From the NCBI RefSeq assembly GCF_000253055.1, contig NC_016070.1:1500001-1532000 (forward strand): 32,000 nt of DNA, read 5' to 3'. Origin of the DNA: Thermoproteus tenax Kra 1. Lineage in GTDB: Archaea > Thermoproteota > Thermoprotei > Thermoproteales > Thermoproteaceae. This document shows, piece after piece, positions 1-7,493 of this stretch. The notes below the pieces were generated by a model. That model did no database searches. It saw only the letters and a list, made by a program, of their open reading frames with translations, and was not told the origin of the DNA. The first letter of the stretch is position 1. Every line of letters begins with the position of its first letter. The translations under genes were made by a program, and so were the position numbers.

Positions 1-438
1 CCCTTGTTCGATCAGCTCCAACTTAATTGTTCTAAGCTTTTCAACGACCTCGTGTATGTATCTGTCGACGCGTGAAGGATCAATGCCCTTCCGGCTCAGC
101 TCCCTTTTTACAACCTCGATGACTACATCATATTTTTTATACTGCTCATTCAGTCGGCGCCAAGGTATTCCCCTTAAGGCATCCTTGAGTTCGTTATCTA
201 CGGGCAAGGCGCCCTTGAGCATCATAAAGGCAACGATGGGATAGCCTATATAACCTCTATATTTCGTGCCGTTATCGTCACTATAGGCCAGACCGCGAGC
301 TAAATCCAGATAGACTCTGTAGGTTCTTTGTCCGTCGGATGATATCACCTCAGCCTCTTTATCGTCCAACGCCTTTATCCTACCGTCTGCTATTGCCGAG
401 AGGGCCTCTAAGATCTTGATACGCGGCGGCAACCGCAT
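1..438 (-). CDS. conserved hypothetical protein, N-terminal 146 codons (3' end runs off the window)
   Basis: Absent from the ORF track because it leaves the window. ATG at 438-436 opens an uninterrupted 146-codon frame to position 1 (MRLPPRIKILEALSAIADGRIKALDDKEAEV...). Its ATG overlaps the TGA of the upstream sec61-beta ORF (TGATG), implying co-transcription. No family recognised. Confidence 0.5.
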   Translation of the reverse strand, partial: MRLPPRIKILEALSAIADGRIKALDDKEAEVISSDGQRTYRVYLDLARGLAYSDDNGTKYRGYIGYPIVAFMMLKGALPVDNELKDALRGIPWRRLNEQYKKYDVVIEVVKRELSRKGIDPSRVDRYIHEVVEKLRTIKLELIEQG

Positions 439-608
439 CAGATCCTGAGTAGATTCAAGGCGATCACTATGCTCATTACGACCAACGAGACGATGACTAC
501 GACCTTGGGGCTCAGCTTTATCTTCTCTATTTCGCCCTCTCTGCTGAAGTTGAGAAGGCCGGCCGCCGTGAATAAGTTCAAGTCGCGCGCCCTCCTTCTC
601 CTCGCCAT
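438..608 (-). CDS. secG: preprotein translocase subunit Sec61-beta (SecG)
   Basis: 56-aa ORF below the ORF-track size cutoff: MARRRRARDLNLFTAAGLLNFSREGEIEKIKLSPKVVVIVSLVVMSIVIALNLLRI. The basic N-terminus, AAGLLxF motif and single C-terminal TM helix fit archaeal Sec61-beta. A TATA-like A/T block at 611-634 lies upstream. Confidence 0.75.
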   Translation of the reverse strand: MARRRRARDLNLFTAAGLLNFSREGEIEKIKLSPKVVVIVSLVVMSIVIALNLLRI

Positions 609-652
609 GGATGCTAATAATCAGCAATATAAAAGCATGATCTCTCCTCCCC

Positions 653-1498
653 GTGAGGATCTTCGATAACCACGCACACGCAAACGAGTTTACGGGCATC
701 GGCGCCGAGGAGGTAGTCAAAAGGTTCAAACGGGCGGGGGGCACCGGCATTATCTTCGTCTCGCTCCTGACCTGGTCTATAGGCGGATCGCCGGGCGACA
801 AAGACTGGGTTGTAAGGATCTACGAGCACACTGTGAGGAATGCCCAGATAGCGCGCTCCCAGGGCCTTATATCTGGCGCCATCGTCGGCATCCATCCGGC
901 TGAGTGCGCAAGCTTGGTGGAGCATGGATGGAGCGAGGAGGACGTAGAGGAGTTCATGAGGTGGACAATAGATCTGGCTGCGCGTTACGTAAGCGAGGGA
1001 AAGGCGGTGGGATTCGGCGAATACGGTAGACCTCACTGGGACGCAACGACAGGGATAGTGAGCCTCTGCAACAGAGTATTAGAGTATGCGCTTGAGAGAG
1101 CCAAAGATGTGGACGCCGCAGTCCACCTACATCTTGAAAGAAGAGGGGAACAGACTGTCATGAGCGTAGCCGAGATTGCTAGAAGGGCGGGCTCCCGTGC
1201 CCATTCTGTGGTAATGCACCACATAGAGCCCGGCGTAGCCAAGTTGGCTTGGGAGAAGGGGCTCATGCCCTCAATACCTATAGGCCGCAGAGGCGAATTG
1301 GAGTCGGCGTTGAGGATGGAGCCGATATATGTCGTAGAAAGCGACTATATAGATGACAATAAAAGGCCAGGCGCCGTTATACCTCCCTGGAGCTTGGCGA
1401 ACAAGCTTAGAAACGCTGTATATAGAGGCATTGTAACTGAGACATATATAGATACCCTCTTTGACAATGCAATAAAGATATACAGATTGCTCCAGTGA
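653..1498 (+). CDS. TatD-family metal-dependent hydrolase
   Basis: 281-aa ORF with GTG start. N-terminal FDNHAH metal-ligand motif and later HLH/HH histidines are typical of TatD-related amidohydrolase-fold proteins. TATA-like ATATAAAA at 627-634. Confidence 0.75.
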   Translation: MRIFDNHAHANEFTGIGAEEVVKRFKRAGGTGIIFVSLLTWSIGGSPGDKDWVVRIYEHTVRNAQIARSQGLISGAIVGIHPAECASLVEHGWSEEDVEEFMRWTIDLAARYVSEGKAVGFGEYGRPHWDATTGIVSLCNRVLEYALERAKDVDAAVHLHLERRGEQTVMSVAEIARRAGSRAHSVVMHHIEPGVAKLAWEKGLMPSIPIGRRGELESALRMEPIYVVESDYIDDNKRPGAVIPPWSLANKLRNAVYRGIVTETYIDTLFDNAIKIYRLLQ

Positions 1499-1594
1499 GC
1501 TGCGCAAGACCCCCTATTGCTGTTCTACATCTGCAAGGGACAAGACAGCTGTGCAGGCTAGGGCTAAAAATTAGGGCTCGGTTTATGCAAAGAG

Positions 1595-2809
1595 TCAGCG
1601 CCTTAGTTCATACAGGACCTTCTTGAAAGCCGCGGCGGTATCTACAGCGTCCTCCGGCGTTAGATTGGGCAGAACCAACAACGAGACCACTCTCTCTGCA
1701 GCCCACTCCGCGTTGGGCAGACGCTCGTATGCCACCTTCCTTCCGTAATACGGACAAGTCCAAGGACATCCCCTCCCGTGGCCCTCCAAGTTTTTAAACA
1801 ACGGAGTTCGGTACAGAGGAGTTGGATAGGCGACAAAGACATTGCCTATACCCTCGCGCCTCAAGGCCTCAACGACGAAATCGCGAGGTCTCCTCAGCCT
1901 CTCTACCGAGAGGAGTAGCTGTACTAAATGCCAACTGTGTTTCACGTAGGGCCTAGGCTTGATTGCCACGAGCAGGTCTCCGTCTAAGGGAGCCAACTCG
2001 TCCAACAAAGTCTTGACGTACTTCTCTCTTATTCTCTGAAATTCATCGAACTTCTTCAGCTGATGATACAATATAAGTCCTTGCAGCTCCGTCATACGGT
2101 AGTTGTACCCGAGCACCTCGTACCAGTACTTATCGGTTTCTCCGTGGGCCCTAATAAGGTTGGCCCTCTCGGCATAGGCGGCCACGTCAGTGGCCACGGC
2201 GCCGCCCTCCCCTCCTGTAATATGTTTAGTTGCATAGAAGCTGAACGCCGAGATGTGCCCAAAGGAGCCCGTCTTCCTGCCCCTAAACTCAGCGCCTAGC
2301 GCCTGCGCCACATCCTCGACTACGTATAGGCCGTACCTCTCCGCCAATTTCATGAACTGGTCCATCTCGGCAGGATAACCGGCCAAATGCACCACCACCA
2401 CGGCCTTGGTCCTGTCGGTTATCTTGCCCTCAACGGATGCAGGATCTAAGTTGAGCGTCTCTCTGTCTATATCTGCGAAGATGGGCACGGCGTTGGCATG
2501 TAGAATCGATGTGGCAGATGCAGCGAAGGTGAACGGGGTCGTTATGACTTCATCTCCGGGTCCGACGCCGATTGACTTAAGAGCCAAGTGTAACGCCGTA
2601 GTCCCGCTAGTGGTCGCGTAGGCGAACTTCACCCCCACGAAGGATGCCAACTCCTGTTCGAAGGCTCTGACCCATTTCCCGTGAGTCGACACAAGCACTC
2701 CGCTCCTCAAGATCTCCTCGATCTCTTTCATTAGGTCTGGATCGTAGACGACCGGTCTAGCTACTATCGGCTTCTCTCTGACAGGTCTTCCCCCCTCTAT
2801 TGCCAACAC
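1595..2809 (-). CDS. DegT/DnrJ/EryC1/StrS-family PLP-dependent aminotransferase
   Basis: 404 aa. TSGTTALHLAL, a DVAQALGA-type segment and FSFYATKHITGGEGG (PLP lysine context) are characteristic of sugar aminotransferases/dehydratases of this family. Confidence 0.85.
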   Translation of the reverse strand: MLAIEGGRPVREKPIVARPVVYDPDLMKEIEEILRSGVLVSTHGKWVRAFEQELASFVGVKFAYATTSGTTALHLALKSIGVGPGDEVITTPFTFAASATSILHANAVPIFADIDRETLNLDPASVEGKITDRTKAVVVVHLAGYPAEMDQFMKLAERYGLYVVEDVAQALGAEFRGRKTGSFGHISAFSFYATKHITGGEGGAVATDVAAYAERANLIRAHGETDKYWYEVLGYNYRMTELQGLILYHQLKKFDEFQRIREKYVKTLLDELAPLDGDLLVAIKPRPYVKHSWHLVQLLLSVERLRRPRDFVVEALRREGIGNVFVAYPTPLYRTPLFKNLEGHGRGCPWTCPYYGRKVAYERLPNAEWAAERVVSLLVLPNLTPEDAVDTAAAFKKVLYELRR

Positions 2810-2835
2810 GTGCGGCTGTAAAATCAGATATATAA

Positions 2836-3234
2836 TTATTGTTGGACTCCCTGAAGCTGTTGCTGATACTGCTCCACTATATCATATCCGTATATAGCCT
2901 TGAACATCTCCCTGCCTTCAGGCGTCATCTGGGTGGGATCCCACGGTCTCTCGAAGTCGACGTCTACCTCTACATCCTTGGCCTCTGTGACCACCGACTG
3001 AACCGCAAGGCCCACTTCGTTAGCTAGAGAGGCCGAGACTGGGCATCCGACGGCGGTTAAAGTCATGACGATCTTCAACGTTCCATCCTCGCTCAAGGTT
3101 ATTTCTCTGATTAAACCAAGATCGTATACGTTGATAGGTATTTCAGGATCGTATATGTTTCTTAAAACCTCTATTAACTTCTTTACCTTATCTGGCGGCA
3201 GATTGGTCTTAAAAACTACGCCGTTGCTCTCCAT
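2836..3234 (-). CDS. DUF59/MIP18-family Fe-S cluster assembly protein (SufT/PaaD-like)
   Basis: 132 aa. IYDPEIPINVYDLGLIREI plus a conserved GCP cysteine (LTAVGCPV) are the DUF59 signature. Confidence 0.8.
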   Translation of the reverse strand: MESNGVVFKTNLPPDKVKKLIEVLRNIYDPEIPINVYDLGLIREITLSEDGTLKIVMTLTAVGCPVSASLANEVGLAVQSVVTEAKDVEVDVDFERPWDPTQMTPEGREMFKAIYGYDIVEQYQQQLQGVQQ

Positions 3235-3281
3235 AAGCTTAACTACGTTTAAACCTTATTAGCTTATCTACTGCCCTCGTC

Positions 3282-3842
3282 ATGTACATAGAGTACAAGG
3301 GCACCTTCTACCGTCCCCTGCATCCGAGACCTACGTTAATAGTAGTCTCCATGTGTCCAGACGGTCGGATCAACTTAATGCCGGCTAGTTGGAACACTCC
3401 AGTCTCGGAGGAGCCCCCAACTATAGCAGTCGCAATAGATAAGTCCTCATACACCTTCAAATGCCTGGAGCACTCGGGCGAAGCAACATTGAACGTAGTC
3501 CCCGTGGATATGTTAAACCTCGCCTATGCGTTGGGCTCCACAACGGGCGCCAAGGTGGACAAGACGAAGAAGTTTGATGTAAGGCTCGTCCCCAGCGAGA
3601 AGATAGGGACGCCAGGCGTTGACGGCTCCATAGCCATCTATGAGACGAAGGTTTTGACAAAGGCCGACATAGGCGATGTAATGCTCTACGTGTTTGAGGT
3701 TCTCTTCGTGCGCGTTAAGGAGGGACTCGTCGACGAGTGGGGTCCGGTGCTCGAGAGGACCAGCCCGCTCCTCCACGGAGCAGGTAGAGTCTTCTATAGG
3801 GTAGATCCTAAAAAGCTGTGGGCTAAGAGGCCAGAGCTCTGA
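3282..3842 (+). CDS. flavin reductase-like FMN-binding domain protein
   Basis: 186 aa. RPTLIVVSMCPDGRINLMPASW matches the flavin reductase-like split-barrel domain. TTTAAA at 3248-3253 lies about 30 nt upstream of the ATG. Confidence 0.7.
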   Translation: MYIEYKGTFYRPLHPRPTLIVVSMCPDGRINLMPASWNTPVSEEPPTIAVAIDKSSYTFKCLEHSGEATLNVVPVDMLNLAYALGSTTGAKVDKTKKFDVRLVPSEKIGTPGVDGSIAIYETKVLTKADIGDVMLYVFEVLFVRVKEGLVDEWGPVLERTSPLLHGAGRVFYRVDPKKLWAKRPEL

Positions 3843-3863
3843 GGCGAACGTTGGAAAAAATGC

Positions 3864-3870
3864 TTAAAAA
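3864..3870 (+). promoter_or_regulatory. TATA-like box for tRNA-Val
   Basis: TTAAAAA centred about 26 nt upstream of tRNA position 1 (3893). Confidence 0.5.
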
Positions 3871-3892
3871 GAGGGGTTAAAGGTAGCGTTAA

Positions 3893-3965
3893 GGGCCCGT
3901 AGTCTAGCGGCTAGGATGCCCGCCTGACGCGCGGGAGATCCCGGGTTCGAATCCCGGCGGGCCCA
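3893..3965 (+). tRNA. tRNA-Val (anticodon GAC), intron-less, no encoded CCA
   Basis: Folds by hand: acceptor GGGCCCG/CGGGCCC, anticodon stem CCCGC/GCGGG with loop CUGACGC, T arm CCGGG-UUCGAAU-CCCGG, discriminator A. A T4 tract follows at 3977-3980. Confidence 0.93.
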
Positions 3966-4107
3966 CTGGCCCCTAGTTTTCGACGAGCCGGCCCGACCGA
4001 CGAGCGGCACATCTCCGTTGGCAAATCGCCGGTTAGGCCGGACCGCCCAAGGTGGTCATGCGCGGCCGTGGGATTCGGCGGAGCCGATGCCGAGAGGGGC
4101 TAAAAAG

Positions 4108-4794
4108 CTATATTTCGTACTTATAGCAAATGTGGCCTTGGCAGTCCATCTGTTTCAGTACGCCCTCCCTCTTCATTCTATCGAGAGCCTCGCGGAAGTA
4201 TAGAAAACGCTCCTCGAGGAGCTCGTTGCCGTACCACTCAATAAATTTGTCTACGATCTCCTCCAGCGTCCAGAGACTCCTCTTCTCCTCGCGTAGCATC
4301 CTCGCTATGAAGCTCATCATATCCTCCAACGCAGTCCACGGATATTGATACCAGTACCAGTCTCTCACCTCTACGGCGTAATAATCAGGCATGTACTTTG
4401 TAGTGCTTGTGATCACCTGCAGTGCAGCTGTCTTTACGCTTTTGGGTTTGCAACACTTCTCCACGGACTCCTTGGCCAATACAACGCTATCTCCTGTGTC
4501 CACTATGTCGTCTACAACCAAGACGTTCTTGCCCGAGAGATCTACCGTCAGGCCGTATTTTACATACGCCCTCTCGGCCACTTGGGCGGCCGCAGGCCAG
4601 TGCACTGTCTGGACGCTCAAAAGGTCTTGAACGCCGAGGAAATCACAGAGCAGTCTCGCAGGGATGTACCCCCCTCTGGCGACTGCCACGACCACATCAG
4701 GTCTCCAACCGCTAGATCTTACGTTATCGGCCAGCTTTCTTGCCCAAGACACTATCTCCTCCCATTTGACTACTTTGACAGGCACCTTCGGCAC
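4108..4794 (-). CDS. purine-type phosphoribosyltransferase with about 80-aa C-terminal extension
   Basis: 228 aa, GTG start. PRPP-binding loop VLVVDDIVDTGDS and an N-terminal layout like 6-oxopurine/adenine PRTases. The helical C-terminal extension is of unknown role. TATA-like TAATATATAAA (4827-4817) is centred about 28 nt upstream. Confidence 0.7.
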   Translation of the reverse strand: MPKVPVKVVKWEEIVSWARKLADNVRSSGWRPDVVVAVARGGYIPARLLCDFLGVQDLLSVQTVHWPAAAQVAERAYVKYGLTVDLSGKNVLVVDDIVDTGDSVVLAKESVEKCCKPKSVKTAALQVITSTTKYMPDYYAVEVRDWYWYQYPWTALEDMMSFIARMLREEKRSLWTLEEIVDKFIEWYGNELLEERFLYFREALDRMKREGVLKQMDCQGHICYKYEI

Positions 4795-4833
4795 TTAACA
4801 CACAAATCAACCCTCTTTATATATTATCTGGAC

Positions 4834-5874
4834 TTACTTACACGGCGTCAGGGCTATGAACGTATACAGATCTGAACATCGGGGGGCTCCTCTGTACTCG
4901 TAGTCCCACGTCCTCACTATAGCGCACTCCTGTTCTGTACAAATATTGAAGTAGAGATCTCCGATCTTGCACCGCTCCCGCTCACATAAAGCGGTGTAGC
5001 CCCTGATCCTTCCTCCCGAGGACATGACATTGAAGTTGGCAGCAACGTAGGGATGGCCTGCAGAGGAGAAAAGGACAAGCCACGCGCCAGCTATCTTCGC
5101 CACAAGGTAGGGCAACGCTCTCACTATGCTGTTATCTACGGCTATGCCTCCTGGCACAGGCACAGGGTCCAGCGCCGAGTAGATCCCAAGGAGGAACATC
5201 CATGCATCTCTGTTCAGGGGCAGGCTCCATTTCAGAGCAGAGTAGAGACCGTAGCGCATGGCCACCGAGAATCCCCGCCAATTTCTCTCCACAAGCTCCA
5301 AGGCATCTCTAAATTTGACAAGGCCTAGAGCTGCCTTGATCCATACGTCGAGCGAGGAGAACATATGAGGATCATAGAGTTGGCCCTCCCTCAGACCCCG
5401 CGAGACGAGATATCTGTCAATAAACTCGCACGGCCCTCTTGGGACGGACGGCCTTCCCCTATAGTATATACTCCAAATCGGCTGTCTCCCCCTAGCCAGT
5501 AGATAGACGTAATAGGCGAGGCAGTTGCCCTTGTTAAGCTCGTCTGTGGCGTACAGCTCGGCCAGTCTTGCCACATTGCTCACTCCAGGGCCCTGTAACA
5601 CCTTGTAGATAAACCTGGGTCTTCTGATAGCTTCGCCACATAAGTACGTTCCGCCTACCTTCACGGGACATTTGAGCGATAGCCTTAGATCCAAGGGCCT
5701 TTCGTCCACCAAGATTTCGCCATCGCGTATTGCCACCTTCCCCACAACCGCCGAGGAGCCAAGCTTGACGACGCTCTCGCGTATCTCGAGGGAGAGCCCG
5801 TTGCCTAGGTCGACTGAGATCTCATCCGGTAAAGATTCATATCTGCGTTCAAATCCCTCAGCATCGTTCAGCAT
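4834..5874 (-). CDS. hypothetical protein (no recognisable domain)
   Basis: 346-aa ORF with sensible amino-acid composition; competing ORFs on the other frames are short. TTAAAAAG on the minus strand lies about 27 nt upstream of the ATG. Aromatic-rich, with a Cys-rich C-terminus. Confidence 0.6.
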   Translation of the reverse strand: MLNDAEGFERRYESLPDEISVDLGNGLSLEIRESVVKLGSSAVVGKVAIRDGEILVDERPLDLRLSLKCPVKVGGTYLCGEAIRRPRFIYKVLQGPGVSNVARLAELYATDELNKGNCLAYYVYLLARGRQPIWSIYYRGRPSVPRGPCEFIDRYLVSRGLREGQLYDPHMFSSLDVWIKAALGLVKFRDALELVERNWRGFSVAMRYGLYSALKWSLPLNRDAWMFLLGIYSALDPVPVPGGIAVDNSIVRALPYLVAKIAGAWLVLFSSAGHPYVAANFNVMSSGGRIRGYTALCERERCKIGDLYFNICTEQECAIVRTWDYEYRGAPRCSDLYTFIALTPCK

Positions 5875-5967
5875 CCGCCTGTCTTCATCTCAAGACTTTT
5901 TAACTGCCCCGTTATAAGCAATTCGCGCCTGCACAGAGTTCTACAACGCTGCTCCACCGCTGAAAAG

Positions 5968-5975
5968 ATAAAAAT
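5968..5975 (+). promoter_or_regulatory. TATA-like box for tRNA-Gly
   Basis: ATAAAAAT centred about 25 nt upstream of tRNA position 1 (5997). Confidence 0.5.
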
Positions 5976-5996
5976 CATTGAATTTCACTTTAACAA

Positions 5997-6095
5997 GCGG
6001 CGGTAGTCTAGCCTGGTTAGGGCGGCCAAAAGCCCCCAGAGTAGGATGGCGGCCTCCCAAGCCGCTGATCCCGGGTTCGAATCCCGGCCGCCGCA
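5997..6095 (+). tRNA. tRNA-Gly (anticodon CCC) with about 23-nt non-canonical intron in the D-loop (about 6019-6041)
   Basis: Acceptor GCGGCGG/CCGCCGC, anticodon stem GCGGC/GCCGC with loop CUCCCAA, T arm CCGGG-UUCGAAU-CCCGG. The cloverleaf closes only if about 23 nt are removed from the D-loop. These nucleotides form a bulge-helix-bulge-like fold (4-bp helix CUGG 6013-6016 / CCAG 6036-6039, bulges UUA and AGU, intron hairpin GGGC/GCCC). Confidence 0.9.
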
Positions 6096-6099
6096 CTAT

Positions 6100-6158
6100 T
6101 CTTCAGCTCTCCAGGTGTTCCTCATAGTCGTCAGATGTCCTGAGCCATCATCATAAAC
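6100..6158 (-). ncRNA. C/D box sRNA candidate (2'-O-methylation guide)
   Basis: The minus strand reads AUGAUGA (C, 6154-6148), a 13-nt guide UGGCUCAGGACAU, CUGA (D', 6134-6131), CGACU, AUGAGGA (C', 6125-6119), a 12-nt guide ACACCUGGAGAG and CUGA (D, 6106-6103). TATATTTAA (6186-6178) is centred about 26 nt upstream of the predicted 5' end. Confidence 0.65.
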
Positions 6159-6175
6159 TCTTCAATTAATCCGCC

Positions 6176-6868
6176 TTAAATATAGAGCACTATGTCCAAT
6201 GGAAACTCGAACCTCTCGTTGAAGTCTCGGAAGGCCATCAACGCAGCGCCGGCGGTCACCCTGCTCCCAGCCATAGCTGCCAGCTCTGCCAGAGCTTTGA
6301 TGGTCTTTCCCGTCCGCACTATGTCGTCGATTATGAAGATGGCGTCGTCCTCTCCTAGGAGCCCCTGCGCCACATATAGAGAGACCACCCTATTGCCCTT
6401 TATGTACGAGACCTCCAAGTTCTTGACGCCGGGCTCCTTGTATTGCTTCGCTATTACTAACGGAACGCCAAATCGGTAGGCGACGGCCACCGCCAACGGA
6501 ATGCCATCTACGGCCGCCGTGAGAACCTTCGTGACTCTAACATTGTTAAACTTCCTAGATATATATATCGAGTATAAAGTCCATAGATCTGGCGTATAAA
6601 TATTGGTTAAGTCAACATATGTCTCATATATCTTAATTATTTTACTTAAAATCTTGTCAAGAGGATATTCTCTGAAGAGCCTAGTTATTATCTCCTCTGC
6701 GGTCTCTACCGAAGGCATCATATCCCCAGTATTATATCTAGACAGAACGCTTTCCGGGATGCCCAATACTGCAGATAGCTCTTTGTAGGTCAAGCCCAAC
6801 AGCCTTTTAACGGAGCGAAGTACATAGACGCCATCCATCTGTATTCTGACTCTGTCTAACCGCTCCAC
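6176..6868 (-). CDS. HTH (XRE-like) domain fused to a PRTase domain; putative PRPP/nucleotide-sensing transcriptional regulator
   Basis: 230 aa. The N-terminus LGLTYKELSAVLGIPESVLSRYNTG is a helix-turn-helix. The C-terminus carries the PRPP loop AIFIIDDIVRTGKT. The architecture resembles orotate-PRTase-like regulators such as haloarchaeal GfcR. GTG start at 6868; an alternative ATG lies 10 codons downstream. Confidence 0.65.
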   Translation of the reverse strand: MERLDRVRIQMDGVYVLRSVKRLLGLTYKELSAVLGIPESVLSRYNTGDMMPSVETAEEIITRLFREYPLDKILSKIIKIYETYVDLTNIYTPDLWTLYSIYISRKFNNVRVTKVLTAAVDGIPLAVAVAYRFGVPLVIAKQYKEPGVKNLEVSYIKGNRVVSLYVAQGLLGEDDAIFIIDDIVRTGKTIKALAELAAMAGSRVTAGAALMAFRDFNERFEFPLDIVLYI

Positions 6869-6911
6869 GTGTTTAAGTAAGCTGTTAAATTTGAATCAAT
6901 CGCGTAACCTT

Positions 6912-7493
6912 ATGGAGATCGAGGTAGAGTTAAACAGAATAATTATAAAGAAAAACTCCAAGCGGCTTATCGGCCTACCTCTCTATCTGAACATGTTCGG
7001 GTCTGTCAAGGCCCTGCCTGTGCAATATCTATTGGCCCGTTACGGCAGAGTCTTCTTTGAGGACGCCAGAGCGCGCCCAATAGCGCGAGCCTTATGCGAA
7101 GCCTGTGTATCTGAAAGGCCTGCCGAGGGCTTTAAGTCGGTGGGCTTTCGAGAGTTCGTGGAGGCCTATTACAACACGATAGCGGGCGAGGTCTTTTCTT
7201 TTGCCCAGAGCGTTGACTCAGTGGCGGTGCCGTGCTACACGGGAGCTCTGGGCGCCGCTCTGGCGAAGAGGGCCAGGGAGGTGGAACCCGGCCTCACTAT
7301 TATAGCTGCGAAGTTGGGCGAAGGAGATTGCGGTTGGGCCGATGCCATTTACGTCGGCGGAGGGGAAGAGCTCGGTCTTCCCGCAGGCTTGAACCTGGGG
7401 CCCGCCTCTAAGGCCTCTCTTTCGGCGGCCGCTAGGGCTTCGGAGGAGCTCGGCCTATACTCCATACTAGTGCTACTGACTGACGGAGCATGA
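6912..7493 (+). CDS. hypothetical protein, translationally coupled to tyrA (faint resemblance to fold-type II PLP enzymes)
   Basis: The ORF track starts at TTG 6891; I prefer ATG 6912 (MEIEVEL...). The stop overlaps the tyrA start (ATGA at 7490-7493). Segments GSVKALP, VPCYTGALGAALA and GPASKASLSAA...LLTDG loosely recall the lysine, glycine-rich and C-terminal motifs of Trp-synthase-beta-like enzymes. At 193 aa it is far too short for a standard member. Confidence 0.55.
   Translation: MEIEVELNRIIIKKNSKRLIGLPLYLNMFGSVKALPVQYLLARYGRVFFEDARARPIARALCEACVSERPAEGFKSVGFREFVEAYYNTIAGEVFSFAQSVDSVAVPCYTGALGAALAKRAREVEPGLTIIAAKLGEGDCGWADAIYVGGGEELGLPAGLNLGPASKASLSAAARASEELGLYSILVLLTDGA

Noticed and set aside
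4027-4080. Three-tier imperfect stem-loop (CGCCG/CGGCG, GGCCG/CGGCC, GACC/GGTC) in the 142-nt GC-rich spacer after tRNA-Val. It also shares an 11-nt match (CCGCCCAAGGT) with the tRNA-Leu intron region.
   Set aside because: Short GC helices of this kind are expected by chance in a GC-rich spacer. An 11-mer match is expected many times by chance in 32 kb on both strands. No C/D or other RNA-family boxes are present.
3937-6088. 22-nt identical direct repeat (GATCCCGGGTTCGAATCCCGGC) in tRNA-Val and tRNA-Gly, considered as att sites of an integrated element carrying the PRTase and the 346-aa orphan.
   Set aside because: The repeat is simply the shared GC-rich T arm of two intact tRNA genes. There is no integrase, no partial tRNA copy and no extra repeat outside the tRNA bodies.
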